DNA from: a virus
Lineage: Duplodnaviria > Caudoviricetes
Virus record (IMG/VR): IMGVR_UViG_3300042808_000025
Coordinates: 1-48,051 of that record
Length of the DNA stretch: 48,051 nt
Reading direction: 5' to 3' (one strand)
In this document: positions 1 through 9,795 of the stretch, one piece after another
How positions within the stretch are numbered: position 1 is the stretch's first letter
How the letters are laid out: each line of letters begins with the position of its first letter
Translations under genes and position numbers: made by a program
Notes under the pieces: generated by a model
What the model was told of the DNA's origin: nothing
Databases searched by the model: none
What the model saw: the letters and a program-made list of their open reading frames with translations, nothing else

Positions 1-127
1 GTAAACAATTATCTATACATAAACATGGAACAGCTACGCCAGTTGACCAATACTCGCTAGTTTTAAATGTTACTCACAATGTTGGTTACCCACCGTCATA
101 TATGATAGCCAAAATGTATAATAAAAG
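1..127. repeat. Terminal direct repeat, left copy (circular assembly overlap)
   Basis: Bases 1-127 are identical to 47925-48051; 127 is a common assembler k-mer; an ORF reads through the junction. Confidence 0.95.
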
Positions 128-311
128 TGATTGGAGTGGTATATATACCTATCCATATGGTAATGAATCTGAAACCATAAGTGTATTGACGCAAACATAT
201 TATTTAGCTAAAACAACTGCTACCGATATAGAGTTTAGAGGTTACCAAAGTGCGTTTGGCACTAAGCACGCGTATATCATACTAAAAGACCCATCGGAGA
301 TAGCAGGATGA
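1..311 (+). CDS. 3' part of the origin-spanning tail-associated protein
   Basis: Continuation of the 47408 ORF across the circular junction; the 69-aa track ORF is only its C-terminus. Confidence 0.8.
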   Translation, partial: KQLSIHKHGTATPVDQYSLVLNVTHNVGYPPSYMIAKMYNKSDWSGIYTYPYGNESETISVLTQTYYLAKTTATDIEFRGYQSAFGTKHAYIILKDPSEIAG

Positions 312-853
312 GAAGTACTACTGGTATTATTGCTGCCGAGGATGGTTATACTATTAACGATACGCCATTAGCCTACAACAGCTCCAACAGCCATTTGATA
401 ATAGATTCAAGAGAAGAATCTAGACATTTAGGTATAGTTGATATGTATTGCGGATCGCAAATATGGACATTAGATTCTGGGGTAGCATCTTATTATGAAG
501 AAGTATTTTATGAGATTAAACATAATCTTCCATTTATACCAAAGGTTATGCTATACGCTTTAATAAGAGATACTCCAGCCGCGCTATCTGGTCTTATAGG
601 GTATTATACAGGAGGATATCTAAATTCAGTTGGGGGAGGTTTCGCTATAATAAGAGAGGCTATTTACGCCAGAGTCGGTAAGACTAGCATCAAATTTATA
701 AGAGTAGCGTCTTCCGACGGCACATTAACTGATCCAGCATACAGGTTTACCGTACAATCCGAGTTCCACAAAGTAAGATTAAGGTATAAATACATGATAC
801 TAAGCAATGAGGAATCTGATGAAGAGTATGATATACTACCAACTAATTTATAG
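308..853 (+). CDS. Tail-associated virion protein (likely paralog of upstream gene)
   Basis: Start overlaps the upstream stop; HNLPFIP motif resembles upstream HNLGY/HNVGYPP. Confidence 0.6.
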   Translation: MRSTTGIIAAEDGYTINDTPLAYNSSNSHLIIDSREESRHLGIVDMYCGSQIWTLDSGVASYYEEVFYEIKHNLPFIPKVMLYALIRDTPAALSGLIGYYTGGYLNSVGGGFAIIREAIYARVGKTSIKFIRVASSDGTLTDPAYRFTVQSEFHKVRLRYKYMILSNEESDEEYDILPTNL

Positions 854-916
854 CCATGGTATTTACCACAAACATTTTATAGTGCATAATAATCATATGA
901 AGGATTGTAACTAATT

Positions 917-1951
917 ATGGCCAGCTGGTTTGATCAAATAGGTTCAGCATTAGGTTCGGCAGCAAATACTGTCGGTAATACTGTGTCTGGTGCTTGGAAC
1001 AGCTTATTTGGTAATAACAATACATCCAGCTCACCAAGGACAGGTTATGATCTATACGGTAATATAATACCTGGGCAACAATCACAAACTCCTAAAGCTA
1101 GTGTGTATACGCCTAAGGTATCATCCACCCCAACTTCTGACTGGTCTAAAGAAAGCGCTGATTTAAACGCTAAAATAGCCTCACTAACCAACCAACTAGC
1201 CCAACAGCCACGTCTACCTAGTTTCGACATTATGGCTAACTACAATAAGGCTAAACAAAAAGCCACTGAATATGTAACACCTATGTACGCTAAAAAACTA
1301 GAGCTAGCAATGCAAAACATAGGTAATAAAAGGACTTCCAAACAAGCCCAGACTGATTTATCATATCAGAATGCTGATATAGCTCTAAAGAACGCTTTAG
1401 CAGATAATACAACTACAAGAGGACGCACTGGCGAAGATTTGATGTCAGCTCTTCAACAGATAGGTGTAGGAGAATCTAATTATTTAACTGATGAGAATAA
1501 ACAATTCGACACTGCTAGACGAGCGTTACAAGAAGAAGTTGCGGCCGCAGGTGGAACTGATACTGGTCTAGGCCAACAGCAAATTGGTACGCAATTAACT
1601 GATAGGAATATTGCAAGTGAGCGTCAGATGACTGAGTTTGCTAATCAGAAAGCGGCTAAGCAATTATTAGCTAGTAGGACTATAGATGATTTAGCGACTA
1701 GCGACGTTAGAGCTGGTGAAAAGAAAACCCAAGAAGAGAAATCTATAAAGATCGATTTTGATTCGTACATGGCAGACCTAGCTAATGAAGAGGCCACCAC
1801 GCGCATGGATCTTGATTTACAAAAAGCTTTGGATATTGCTACACAGACTGGGCAATTTAGGAGTCAAGGCGCTCAAGAATTTATTGCTAGCCTAGCAGGA
1901 CAAGGTTATAGACCACAAGATATAGCGTTAGCAGCACAGGTATACGGATAG
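917..1951 (+). CDS. Internal virion / DNA ejection protein
   Basis: Gln/Ala-rich helical protein; first of three genes after the tail module, as in podoviruses. Confidence 0.6.
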   Translation: MASWFDQIGSALGSAANTVGNTVSGAWNSLFGNNNTSSSPRTGYDLYGNIIPGQQSQTPKASVYTPKVSSTPTSDWSKESADLNAKIASLTNQLAQQPRLPSFDIMANYNKAKQKATEYVTPMYAKKLELAMQNIGNKRTSKQAQTDLSYQNADIALKNALADNTTTRGRTGEDLMSALQQIGVGESNYLTDENKQFDTARRALQEEVAAAGGTDTGLGQQQIGTQLTDRNIASERQMTEFANQKAAKQLLASRTIDDLATSDVRAGEKKTQEEKSIKIDFDSYMADLANEEATTRMDLDLQKALDIATQTGQFRSQGAQEFIASLAGQGYRPQDIALAAQVYG

Positions 1952-1966
1952 GAAGTATAAATTATT

Positions 1967-2650
1967 ATGGAAGATGAATTAAAGAAATTAGCACAAGCAG
2001 GACTAGCGGGAATACAAACTGGCGATACTAACGCTGGTACTGGTAATGATATAGTAAATAATTTCACCAGAGCTAATTTCGGTGATATTCTCGCTAAACA
2101 ATCATCTGGTATAGGCACTTTTGCATCTACTGTTGCTGACCAGCAAGCTAAAGAAGCTGAGGCCGCTAGACAGGCAGAGCTACAGAGATTGAAAGAAAAA
2201 CTTAATCCTGATAATTATAAGATGGTTAAAAAAGAAGATGGTGGGTTCGACTTCTTCGATCCAGATGGGAATGCTATTGACGTTAAAAAATTCGCAGATG
2301 TTAACGGAACCACACCAGCTAAAATTCTAGCTAACTCAGATAATCCATTCGACCAGCAATATGTTAATGACTATAACAACACCAAAGATTTAATTACAGC
2401 TATTCAGAACGGCGACAACGAAACTGTTGCTAAGTTTAGGGCTAGTAATGAACAAATCGGCACTATGAAACCAGAAGATATTATGCGCGAATTAATTAAG
2501 AAATACCCCCATATTTACGGTAAGGGTAATTATTCATCTAGCTATGCTTCCAACAATGCCCCATTGTTGACACTACCTACTACTGCCGTTGGAGGGACGA
2601 CCACATCATCAACTACGTCAGGTATAGGCGTAAATGACTTTGGGTATTAA
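1967..2650 (+). CDS. Internal virion / DNA ejection protein
   Basis: Position and helical composition; AGGAAG RBS. Confidence 0.55.
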   Translation: MEDELKKLAQAGLAGIQTGDTNAGTGNDIVNNFTRANFGDILAKQSSGIGTFASTVADQQAKEAEAARQAELQRLKEKLNPDNYKMVKKEDGGFDFFDPDGNAIDVKKFADVNGTTPAKILANSDNPFDQQYVNDYNNTKDLITAIQNGDNETVAKFRASNEQIGTMKPEDIMRELIKKYPHIYGKGNYSSSYASNNAPLLTLPTTAVGGTTTSSTTSGIGVNDFGY

Positions 2651-2652
2651 CC

Positions 2653-5600
2653 ATGGCAGGAATGAGTTACAAAAGCTTCATCGACTCCATAAACCAAGAT
2701 ACGAGTAATGAAGATGAAAGGCGTAGGGCAAAATTAGCTGAACGTATTAAGGCTGAAAAAGCCCAATCAGCTACAAAAGAAAAAAGCCCAATCGAAAACA
2801 TTGGCGACTTTTTAGGTGGTGTCGGAAAATTTATTACTAGCATACCAGGAGAAATAGTTAAAAGTACTGGCGAAGCTCTTAACATAGCCGGAACTGGTAT
2901 AGGCAGAGCCGTTGATGAAGTCACTGGCGCCAGACAAGCTAGAGATGATGAATATAAAAAACAGCAAGATGATTTCCAATCTATGTTGCTTAAACAGATA
3001 GCTAAGAAAAAAGACCCCAACTCAACCGATGAGGATAGAGCGCGCGCTGAAGCGTCTATCAAATCTTTAACATCGGCTATTAACCAGAACTACACTCGTC
3101 ATAAACAAGAACTAGACCAGCTAACATCTGATGTCGATCCTGTTAAACAGGCTGGCGCAACTGTAGAGTTAGCTAGCATACCACTAACCATGGTAGGCGG
3201 TACTACTGCTAGAGTGGCTAAAACAGCCGCAGAGGCAGTTGGTAAAGAAGTTGCTAAAGAAACAGGCAAACAAGTTTTAAAGAAGGCTGGAACTGAAGTA
3301 CTCTCAGACGTAGCATTAGGCGCTGTTGGTGGCGCTGGAAGTGTGGCTAAAGAAAAAGGGAGCCAAGCTACCCAAGAAGACTATATGCGTGGTGCTGGAA
3401 CTGGTGCTTTACTTAGCGGGGCTTTATCGACTGGAGGCCAACTATTGTCTAAACCAGTTAGGAGTGAGGTAGCTAATTTATCGCGTGAAGGTATTGGAGC
3501 TATTAAAAGCAACGTTGAGGCATATAACGCATTACCTAGGTCTATTAAAGAGGGTGGGTATGTTAAATTACCTGGGTCAACCGAAACACCAGAAACCATA
3601 GCTAAAGCAGTACAACCAGAAACCACTGTGGCTGCTCAGGTGGCTAAAACACCAGAAGTTGACCCAGTAACTGGTTTGATTGATACTGCGCTTCCTGAAG
3701 GCTCTGGTGTGGTTACAAAGAGCCGTGAGCAAATTATGAAAGACAATAAAGTACAAAAATCATTCAAAGACAAAGTTGTCGAACAATTCTTCGATAGGAC
3801 TAATGCTCTTAAGGCATACTCTGAAAAGTATAAAGCTAAGACTGGCCAAGATCTTGCCGTAGAGGATGACCCACACGCGTTGGCCCAACTTAGGAATGGT
3901 ATGGATGACGCTGGTGCCGCAAGATTGCAACCTCTAGTAGAAGATATGGATTATATTAGAAAGAATAAATTAGCCGATGCTTGGTCAGAATACGGTATTG
4001 CTAATCAAGTGGTGAACGACCGAGCCGATAAATATAGCCCAGCAGTAGTAGAAGCTGAGCGTGCTAAATTAGCTAATTTAGAAGCCACGCTGCCTCCAGA
4101 ACAACTAGATCAGGTTAAGGCTGCCGTACAGCGCACTATAGATTTTCAAGACGAACAGTTAGCTCGTTTGCGTGACAATGGATTTATTTCTAAAGAGGGG
4201 TACGATGCTATCAAAGAGGTTAACCCAAATTACTTCTCACGATTTAATATAGCTGAGTATATCCAAGATAACCAAAGATTATTCGCATCTACTAATTCTA
4301 ATAATATAAGCAAGAATATCGTTCAAGCTGTTAAAGGTGTTGGTGATGATAGTAAGTTTATCATTGAAGACCCAGCCGAGGCTATCACTAGGGCTGCCAT
4401 TAAAACTGAGAATCTAATCCAACAGAATAAAATATTCCAAGCTATAAAGAGGCTTGGTGATACGTTACCTGAAATGAGCATAAAAATTAGAGATGCTGAA
4501 AATGTCGCTAATAAGATTGACTTGTCACTTGAGAATAAAGAGCTGCGTCCAATACTTAATAAATTAGATAGAATGATTAAGACCGATAATCGCACGGCTA
4601 GAAAATTACAGAGCGAAATTAATAAGCTAAACCAGCAAGGTCTTAACGTAGCACTTAAGGGCGGTGGTGAACGCATGTCTGTTAGTGATATTAATGTTGG
4701 CACATTAAGAGGACTAGGTGGTGAATTGTCTACATCTAAATCCGGTCAATTGGTTAAGACCGCCACTGACGACGCCACTGATCTGGTTAAACAACTTGAA
4801 GGAGCAAAAAGAGTGTCCCCAGAGTCAGCAACTACAAAAGGCTTACAACAAGACGTTATCGCAGAAGGCGCTGGAACTATGGCCGAAACTACTCCGTCTA
4901 TGCTTGGTAAGCAAGATACAGCTTCGTTCTTGCGTAACCTAATTGAGTCAGGTTCTCGCAAAGATATTGATTCTATTAAGCGTAAGATAGGCAACCGAGA
5001 CCCTAAGCTAGCAGATCTAATTGACAATATAGGTTATATGAAGAGCGAATATGATGATATTGCTGGTAAAATTAGAAGCAATATCGATGAAGCTAAAGCT
5101 ATGGCCGACAAACAAGTTCCTGATGGATACGAAATAATTGAAGGCGTTACTAATGGTATACAGGAAAAAATAGCAGTTCCTCAATATGTGGCTGATGCAT
5201 ATAAAGGCAAGAATGATATCCAGACTGGGATATTAGATAGGGTCATGATGGCATCATCTAAACCATTCAAAGCGGCCGCAACTATATTCTCACCAGCCTT
5301 TCTTGTTAAGAACGGCATAAGGGACACTGGAACGCATTGGCTAACATCAGCTAACATACCAGTTAAAGAGCGATTATTTATCTTACCATATGCTAAACGA
5401 TGGGCCGAGGGTTTTCTAGATGCCTTTACTGGTGGGGAGATGTCCCAAAAAATATCGCTAGAAGGTGGTGGCGCTGCCGGTATATTTAATGATGTTGGCC
5501 AAACCCAAGATCTAGTCAAAGGTATGGCGAAAAAACTAAGTGGTGAAGAAGTGAAGACAGCTGATGGAATGTTTAAGACTGCGGCTAAAATGGTCGGTAA

Positions 5601-6828
5601 ATATACAGGTGCGTCTAAACTAGCTGGTGCTTATGCCGGTGGTATGAAAAAGCTAGGGCGTTCATTAGAATATGCACCTAGGCTTGCCGAAGCTAAGGCT
5701 GCTATAGAAAACGGGGCATCAGATCCTGCCGCTGCTTTAGCCGCTAGGAAAGCCCTAGGAGACTTGCAAAATGGCGGTACTGTTTCTAGGGTTATAAATA
5801 ACTACACACCATTCTTTAATTCCATATTACAAGGTAACTTGCGGGTTGTTCAATCGTTAAAGGAAAACCCTAAAAATGGTGTAGCTATGATGAGCGCTGG
5901 CATAGCGGCCCCTGCCGTAGCAGGTTATGTATGGAACAGAACTATGTATCCTGATGTTCTTAATAATATTAGCCAAAGTGAGCGTGAAAATAATTTCATA
6001 ATAATTCTAGGCGACAATAAAGACGAAAACGGTAGATATACTGATGTTATAAAGATACCTAAGAATGATGCCGCTAAGATGTTTGGCAACAATATCGAAG
6101 TTGCTATGGATAAATTTGCCGGACAAGATTCACAAGGTTTCGCTGAACTATTTATGAAAACAATAGGTTATGCTTCACCGTTACAAGTCCAGAAAGATGG
6201 CGACCTTAGCTTGCAAGCTATGGTTGGATCAGCCCCTGTGACATCGTCACCATTGATAAAAGTTCCGTTTGAACTAGCTACCAATACTAGCTTATATACT
6301 GGACGTGACATTGTTCCTGAGAATAAGAAAGGTCTATCGCCAGAAGAACAGGCAAGTAAGACCACTACTGGCGCAGATGTAGGCATAGCTCAGGTGTTAG
6401 ACCCTATCGCTGGTTTGGCTGGCGCTGACGTTGCACCACAACAAATAGCCCAGATAAGGCAAGGTGCTTCAGCTGGATTGTTGAGTGGCAAAAACCCTAT
6501 AGAACAAGTCTCTAATGTGGTGACTGGTGCTGCCGGTTCACGTGGTTCTAGTGAGTTCTATAAATTACGCGATACAGTTGCCGAAGATAGAGCAAGAGCG
6601 TCAGCGGCTATTAATAGGGCTATAGAAGCTAATAATATCGAAGCGGCTCAAGACATTGCATCTAGATACAATGCTAAGTTCAAAGAAACTTTCATGCCAT
6701 GGGTAAAAACATACGGATCCGATGCAGATGCAGATATGCAAGACGCATTCTCAGCTCTAAAACTTAACCTCACTAACAGATCTATTAAGCAACGTTTAAA
6801 GAATATACAGAAGAACGCTGACCAGTAG
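2653..6828 (+). CDS. Large internal virion/ejection protein, probable LPD38-like C-terminal region
   Basis: 1391 aa; glycine-rich hydrophobic segments; C-terminal motifs PFFNSILQG, ERENNFII, IKIPK and ELATNTSLYTGRDIVP resemble large polyvalent/ejection proteins. Confidence 0.65.
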   Translation: MAGMSYKSFIDSINQDTSNEDERRRAKLAERIKAEKAQSATKEKSPIENIGDFLGGVGKFITSIPGEIVKSTGEALNIAGTGIGRAVDEVTGARQARDDEYKKQQDDFQSMLLKQIAKKKDPNSTDEDRARAEASIKSLTSAINQNYTRHKQELDQLTSDVDPVKQAGATVELASIPLTMVGGTTARVAKTAAEAVGKEVAKETGKQVLKKAGTEVLSDVALGAVGGAGSVAKEKGSQATQEDYMRGAGTGALLSGALSTGGQLLSKPVRSEVANLSREGIGAIKSNVEAYNALPRSIKEGGYVKLPGSTETPETIAKAVQPETTVAAQVAKTPEVDPVTGLIDTALPEGSGVVTKSREQIMKDNKVQKSFKDKVVEQFFDRTNALKAYSEKYKAKTGQDLAVEDDPHALAQLRNGMDDAGAARLQPLVEDMDYIRKNKLADAWSEYGIANQVVNDRADKYSPAVVEAERAKLANLEATLPPEQLDQVKAAVQRTIDFQDEQLARLRDNGFISKEGYDAIKEVNPNYFSRFNIAEYIQDNQRLFASTNSNNISKNIVQAVKGVGDDSKFIIEDPAEAITRAAIKTENLIQQNKIFQAIKRLGDTLPEMSIKIRDAENVANKIDLSLENKELRPILNKLDRMIKTDNRTARKLQSEINKLNQQGLNVALKGGGERMSVSDINVGTLRGLGGELSTSKSGQLVKTATDDATDLVKQLEGAKRVSPESATTKGLQQDVIAEGAGTMAETTPSMLGKQDTASFLRNLIESGSRKDIDSIKRKIGNRDPKLADLIDNIGYMKSEYDDIAGKIRSNIDEAKAMADKQVPDGYEIIEGVTNGIQEKIAVPQYVADAYKGKNDIQTGILDRVMMASSKPFKAAATIFSPAFLVKNGIRDTGTHWLTSANIPVKERLFILPYAKRWAEGFLDAFTGGEMSQKISLEGGGAAGIFNDVGQTQDLVKGMAKKLSGEEVKTADGMFKTAAKMVGKYTGASKLAGAYAGGMKKLGRSLEYAPRLAEAKAAIENGASDPAAALAARKALGDLQNGGTVSRVINNYTPFFNSILQGNLRVVQSLKENPKNGVAMMSAGIAAPAVAGYVWNRTMYPDVLNNISQSERENNFIIILGDNKDENGRYTDVIKIPKNDAAKMFGNNIEVAMDKFAGQDSQGFAELFMKTIGYASPLQVQKDGDLSLQAMVGSAPVTSSPLIKVPFELATNTSLYTGRDIVPENKKGLSPEEQASKTTTGADVGIAQVLDPIAGLAGADVAPQQIAQIRQGASAGLLSGKNPIEQVSNVVTGAAGSRGSSEFYKLRDTVAEDRARASAAINRAIEANNIEAAQDIASRYNAKFKETFMPWVKTYGSDADADMQDAFSALKLNLTNRSIKQRLKNIQKNADQ

Positions 6829-6867
6829 TGTATAATAAAAAAGTAAACTCATAGTAAGGAGAAATTT

Positions 6868-7401
6868 ATGGCAGAATTTATAAAAGTAATCGATAAAAAT
6901 GGTAAAACTATTTACCGCAATGTGACTAAGAATGTCCCAGTTAAGGCTGAGAGCCTACCAGCAGCTCTTAAAGAAGAGTTGGATCTATCAGAGCCAAAAA
7001 CACCTATTGATGAAGAGTCTATCTTAAAGATCGATGGCGACGGCGTAGTTAATGCTGATGGCACCAAGAAATCAACTGACGAGCCTGAGGTTGATGAGAC
7101 AGAAGACGAGGAAGAAGAGGAAGCTTACGAAGCTCCAAGTGACGTTGTAGCAACACCAGTTGCCAAGACTCCAAAGGAAGAAGCGTACACTAATCCATAC
7201 CGACGCACTGTTCCAGCTACTGAAGCAGGATTCGGTTTCCCACGTCTTAATGGCAAAACTGTTGACATCTTTGATCTTGAAACACCTCATACCCACTTAA
7301 TGGCTATTGAAGGTAAGTTAGTGCCTCTATCAAAAAAGAGCTACGAGACAAAGAGCGAAGCAGAAGTTTACGATCGATTAAAAGAATTAAAATTAATTTA
7401 G
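6868..7401 (+). CDS. Hypothetical acidic protein
   Basis: AAGGAG RBS, upstream TATAAT, 177 aa. Confidence 0.7.
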   Translation: MAEFIKVIDKNGKTIYRNVTKNVPVKAESLPAALKEELDLSEPKTPIDEESILKIDGDGVVNADGTKKSTDEPEVDETEDEEEEEAYEAPSDVVATPVAKTPKEEAYTNPYRRTVPATEAGFGFPRLNGKTVDIFDLETPHTHLMAIEGKLVPLSKKSYETKSEAEVYDRLKELKLI

Positions 7402-7411
7402 CTTAAGCTTA

Positions 7412-7456
7412 TTGGATAGGTTGTTCATATGGTATATAATATCAACATGAACAACC
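7412..7456 (+). promoter_or_regulatory. Sigma70-type lysis-cassette promoter overlapped by a 10-bp inverted repeat
   Basis: TTGGAT(7412)-17 nt-TATAAT(7435); GGTTGTTCAT(7419) pairs with ATGAACAACC(7447). Confidence 0.6.
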
Positions 7457-7499
7457 AACCAATAACCTTAAGAACCAAATATAACAGATAGGGTGCGGG

Positions 7500-7853
7500 A
7501 TGGCTGGTAAAACTCAACGCCAAAAACAAATCAGCATAGAAGGTCAAGCCGCTATAGAGGCTCTGACAAACGCTCTTAATGCACAATCAGGTACTTTCCA
7601 TGAGCATTGTAAAGCTAATGAAACAGACAATAAAGACATAAATAATAAATTAGACAGGCTAATGCCACTTGTTGATTTCATTCCAATAGTTAAAGAAATT
7701 GTAGAACGAGAGAACGAACAAAAGGCCGTATCTAAATGGATGGTAAAGATTGGACGTATTTTAGGATTTGTGGCAGCCGCTTTAACGGCTATTGGTATTA
7801 TAATAAGTGCAGCGGTTATGGTTATAAAGGCTATAATTGACATTAAGAGTTAA
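7500..7853 (+). CDS. Membrane protein (coiled coil plus C-terminal TM), holin/antiholin-like
   Basis: Single C-terminal hydrophobic helix; upstream of endolysin. Confidence 0.6.
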   Translation: MAGKTQRQKQISIEGQAAIEALTNALNAQSGTFHEHCKANETDNKDINNKLDRLMPLVDFIPIVKEIVERENEQKAVSKWMVKIGRILGFVAAALTAIGIIISAAVMVIKAIIDIKS

Positions 7854-7864
7854 TAGGAGGTTAC

Positions 7865-7939
7865 ATGGCAACGAAACAAGAAATAATCGAAATTAGCGAA
7901 GAAGAATTATCGACTATGGGCAAAGGGGAAACAAAATAA
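7865..7939 (+). CDS. 24-aa micro-ORF coupled to endolysin (MATKQEIIEISEEELSTMGKGETK)
   Basis: GGAGG RBS at 7856-7860; stop overlaps the endolysin start (TAATG). Confidence 0.6.
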   Translation: MATKQEIIEISEEELSTMGKGETK

Positions 7940-8769
7940 TGTACACTGTACGCCAAAATCCAGCTAATGAGAATAATTATACGCCAACTGATGGACGTAA
8001 TATTAATAGAGTTATAATCCACCATGCTGCGACGACTAGTTTTGACGGCATCGGGGCTACATTCGCCAACCCAGCACGTGGGGCATCAGCACACTATGGG
8101 GTAGGGCAAAATAACAATGTTGACCAATATGTTGATGAAAAAGATATATCGTGGGCTGCTGGTAATTGGTACTCTAACGAAAATGGTATTAACATCGAGT
8201 GCGTCAACTCTACTATGGGTCCAGAATGGCTAGTAGCCGAAACAACTTTCAATACCTTGGTAGAACTAACACGCGATATCATGTCAAGGAATGGATTGTT
8301 ACCAGCCCAAGTAGGGGTTAATTTATTTGGCCATCAAGACGTGTCAGATGTTCCTACGTTCTGTCCTGGCGTGCTAGAACCACGTCTACAAGAGTTAGCC
8401 GACGCTATTAATAACGGTCAAGTCGTTCCACAACCTACTCAACCAGACCAAGTTCTTGATATTGGTAGCCGATTCATATTCAGCAAACAATACCGCGTTG
8501 ACGATCTACAGCCTATTGGTGGTATTTGGCAAGTTATGACTAGAGAACTATGCCCTATCGGATTCGCATGGGATGATAATGGTATTCCAGTAGAACCTTT
8601 GGTAGAAGTATCTGACCCTGACCAAGTGCTTTCAGTCGGATCAATCTACACGATACCCGGCGAATACACTGTATTGAACTTAGGAGTTTCTGACGGGGTG
8701 TGGCTAGCCGAGATAGACATGGGTGGATGGAAACTTTGGGTTGATATCGCAACCGTAACGGAAATTTAA
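7939..8769 (+). CDS. Endolysin, N-acetylmuramoyl-L-alanine amidase (Amidase_2-like) with two C-terminal repeats
   Basis: IIHHAA, SAHY, SWAAG, INIE and GHQDV..TFCPG Zn-amidase motifs; two PDQVLxxGS repeats. Confidence 0.9.
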   Translation: MYTVRQNPANENNYTPTDGRNINRVIIHHAATTSFDGIGATFANPARGASAHYGVGQNNNVDQYVDEKDISWAAGNWYSNENGINIECVNSTMGPEWLVAETTFNTLVELTRDIMSRNGLLPAQVGVNLFGHQDVSDVPTFCPGVLEPRLQELADAINNGQVVPQPTQPDQVLDIGSRFIFSKQYRVDDLQPIGGIWQVMTRELCPIGFAWDDNGIPVEPLVEVSDPDQVLSVGSIYTIPGEYTVLNLGVSDGVWLAEIDMGGWKLWVDIATVTEI

Positions 8770-8801
8770 TTAAATTAATATATAGGAGTATAATAACGGT
8801 T

Positions 8802-9038
8802 ATGGAATTAATTAAAAAAATATTCGATAAAAACACTACACGTGGTAGGGCTATTAGAACGGCACTACAAGGTCTGGTGGCATTAGTCACGTTTATATAT
8901 GGTCTTATAATTATACCGGGCGTAGCGGACGTATTAGCTGCTAATAATATAGCAACAATAGCTTCATTCACTACATGGGTTGGAATTATAACATATGTCC
9001 AAAATAAGCTAGAAGATCTATGGGAGCTAGTTAAGTAA
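8802..9038 (+). CDS. Holin
   Basis: 78 aa, two TM segments, RAIRTALQ motif, adjacent to endolysin. Confidence 0.75.
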   Translation: MELIKKIFDKNTTRGRAIRTALQGLVALVTFIYGLIIIPGVADVLAANNIATIASFTTWVGIITYVQNKLEDLWELVK

Positions 9039-9039
9039 C

Positions 9040-9252
9040 ATGATAAATCTGGAGCGAATGCAAGCTGACGCCCAGATACAAATTGCAGAACAAGATGAGC
9101 AGAACTTTCAACGGTTCTGCTCTTTTGTTGATGAGCTTGAAGCTCATGATTCTGCTAAGGTATTTGAGGGTCTAGCCGAAATAGAACGCCAAGATAATTT
9201 AAATAAATTAGGTAAATTGGCGTTGAATTATATGGTATCGATCGAAGAGTAG
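9040..9252 (+). CDS. Hypothetical protein (host-like accessory gene)
   Basis: Follows the holin directly; acidic and helical. Confidence 0.6.
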   Translation: MINLERMQADAQIQIAEQDEQNFQRFCSFVDELEAHDSAKVFEGLAEIERQDNLNKLGKLALNYMVSIEE

Positions 9253-9261
9253 TATATTGTC

Positions 9262-9732
9262 ATGAAAAAGAATAAAGAGTTTTTGACATTCCCAGCTACT
9301 ATATTTAGGGGTAGTGAGCCATACCCTCTTATCTCAGGGTTCCCAGAAGACCCTGATTTAATAGACAAACCAGATAGTAGGTTGAACCCTAACAAAAAAG
9401 AAAACTGGAACAACCACCATGGGTGCTTTACTAAAAGGGCGTTCTCTACATTGGCTATTTTGCAATTATGTCGAGACCTAGAGTTTAACCAGTTCCCTAT
9501 GCTAGTAGACCAGCATGATTATTTGCACGCTAATTTCGATACACCACCTCCACCTACATTATTACAATGTATGGATAGGCTTATGGCTGCTAAAGAGTGC
9601 GACGAGCGAATTAGAACTGGTAGTTTGCGCAATCCAAAATATAGGCTATTAAATGAAAACGATATATTTAAGATTAACCATGAGTTTGATAATGAATACC
9701 ATATTAAGACAGTATCTTATTCTATAATATGA
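9262..9732 (+). CDS. Hypothetical protein with His-Me finger/HNH-like residue pattern
   Basis: NNHH...RDLEFNQ...QHDYLH pattern followed by a Pro-rich segment; TAGTAT box 6 nt upstream of ATG. Confidence 0.55.
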   Translation: MKKNKEFLTFPATIFRGSEPYPLISGFPEDPDLIDKPDSRLNPNKKENWNNHHGCFTKRAFSTLAILQLCRDLEFNQFPMLVDQHDYLHANFDTPPPPTLLQCMDRLMAAKECDERIRTGSLRNPKYRLLNENDIFKINHEFDNEYHIKTVSYSII

Positions 9733-9760
9733 ACAAAAAATAGAATAACATTCACATCCA

Positions 9761-9795
9761 TTCCAATATATGAACAGTTTTGCTATAATTATAAT
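9761..9795 (+). promoter_or_regulatory. Promoter of ncRNA candidate 1
   Basis: TTCCAA(9761)-17 nt-TATAAT(9784) with extended TG. Confidence 0.55.

Noticed and set aside
1-127. Biological terminal repeat (T7-like DTR)
   Set aside because: The length equals a typical assembler k-mer and the junction falls in the middle of a tail gene, so it indicates circularity rather than a physical end
2667-6386. Antisense ORFs within the ejection gene, and similar shadow ORFs elsewhere (e.g. 14740-15258, 16199-17404, 27610-28032)
   Set aside because: They lie opposite well-supported genes and lack RBSs or motifs, consistent with codon-bias shadows
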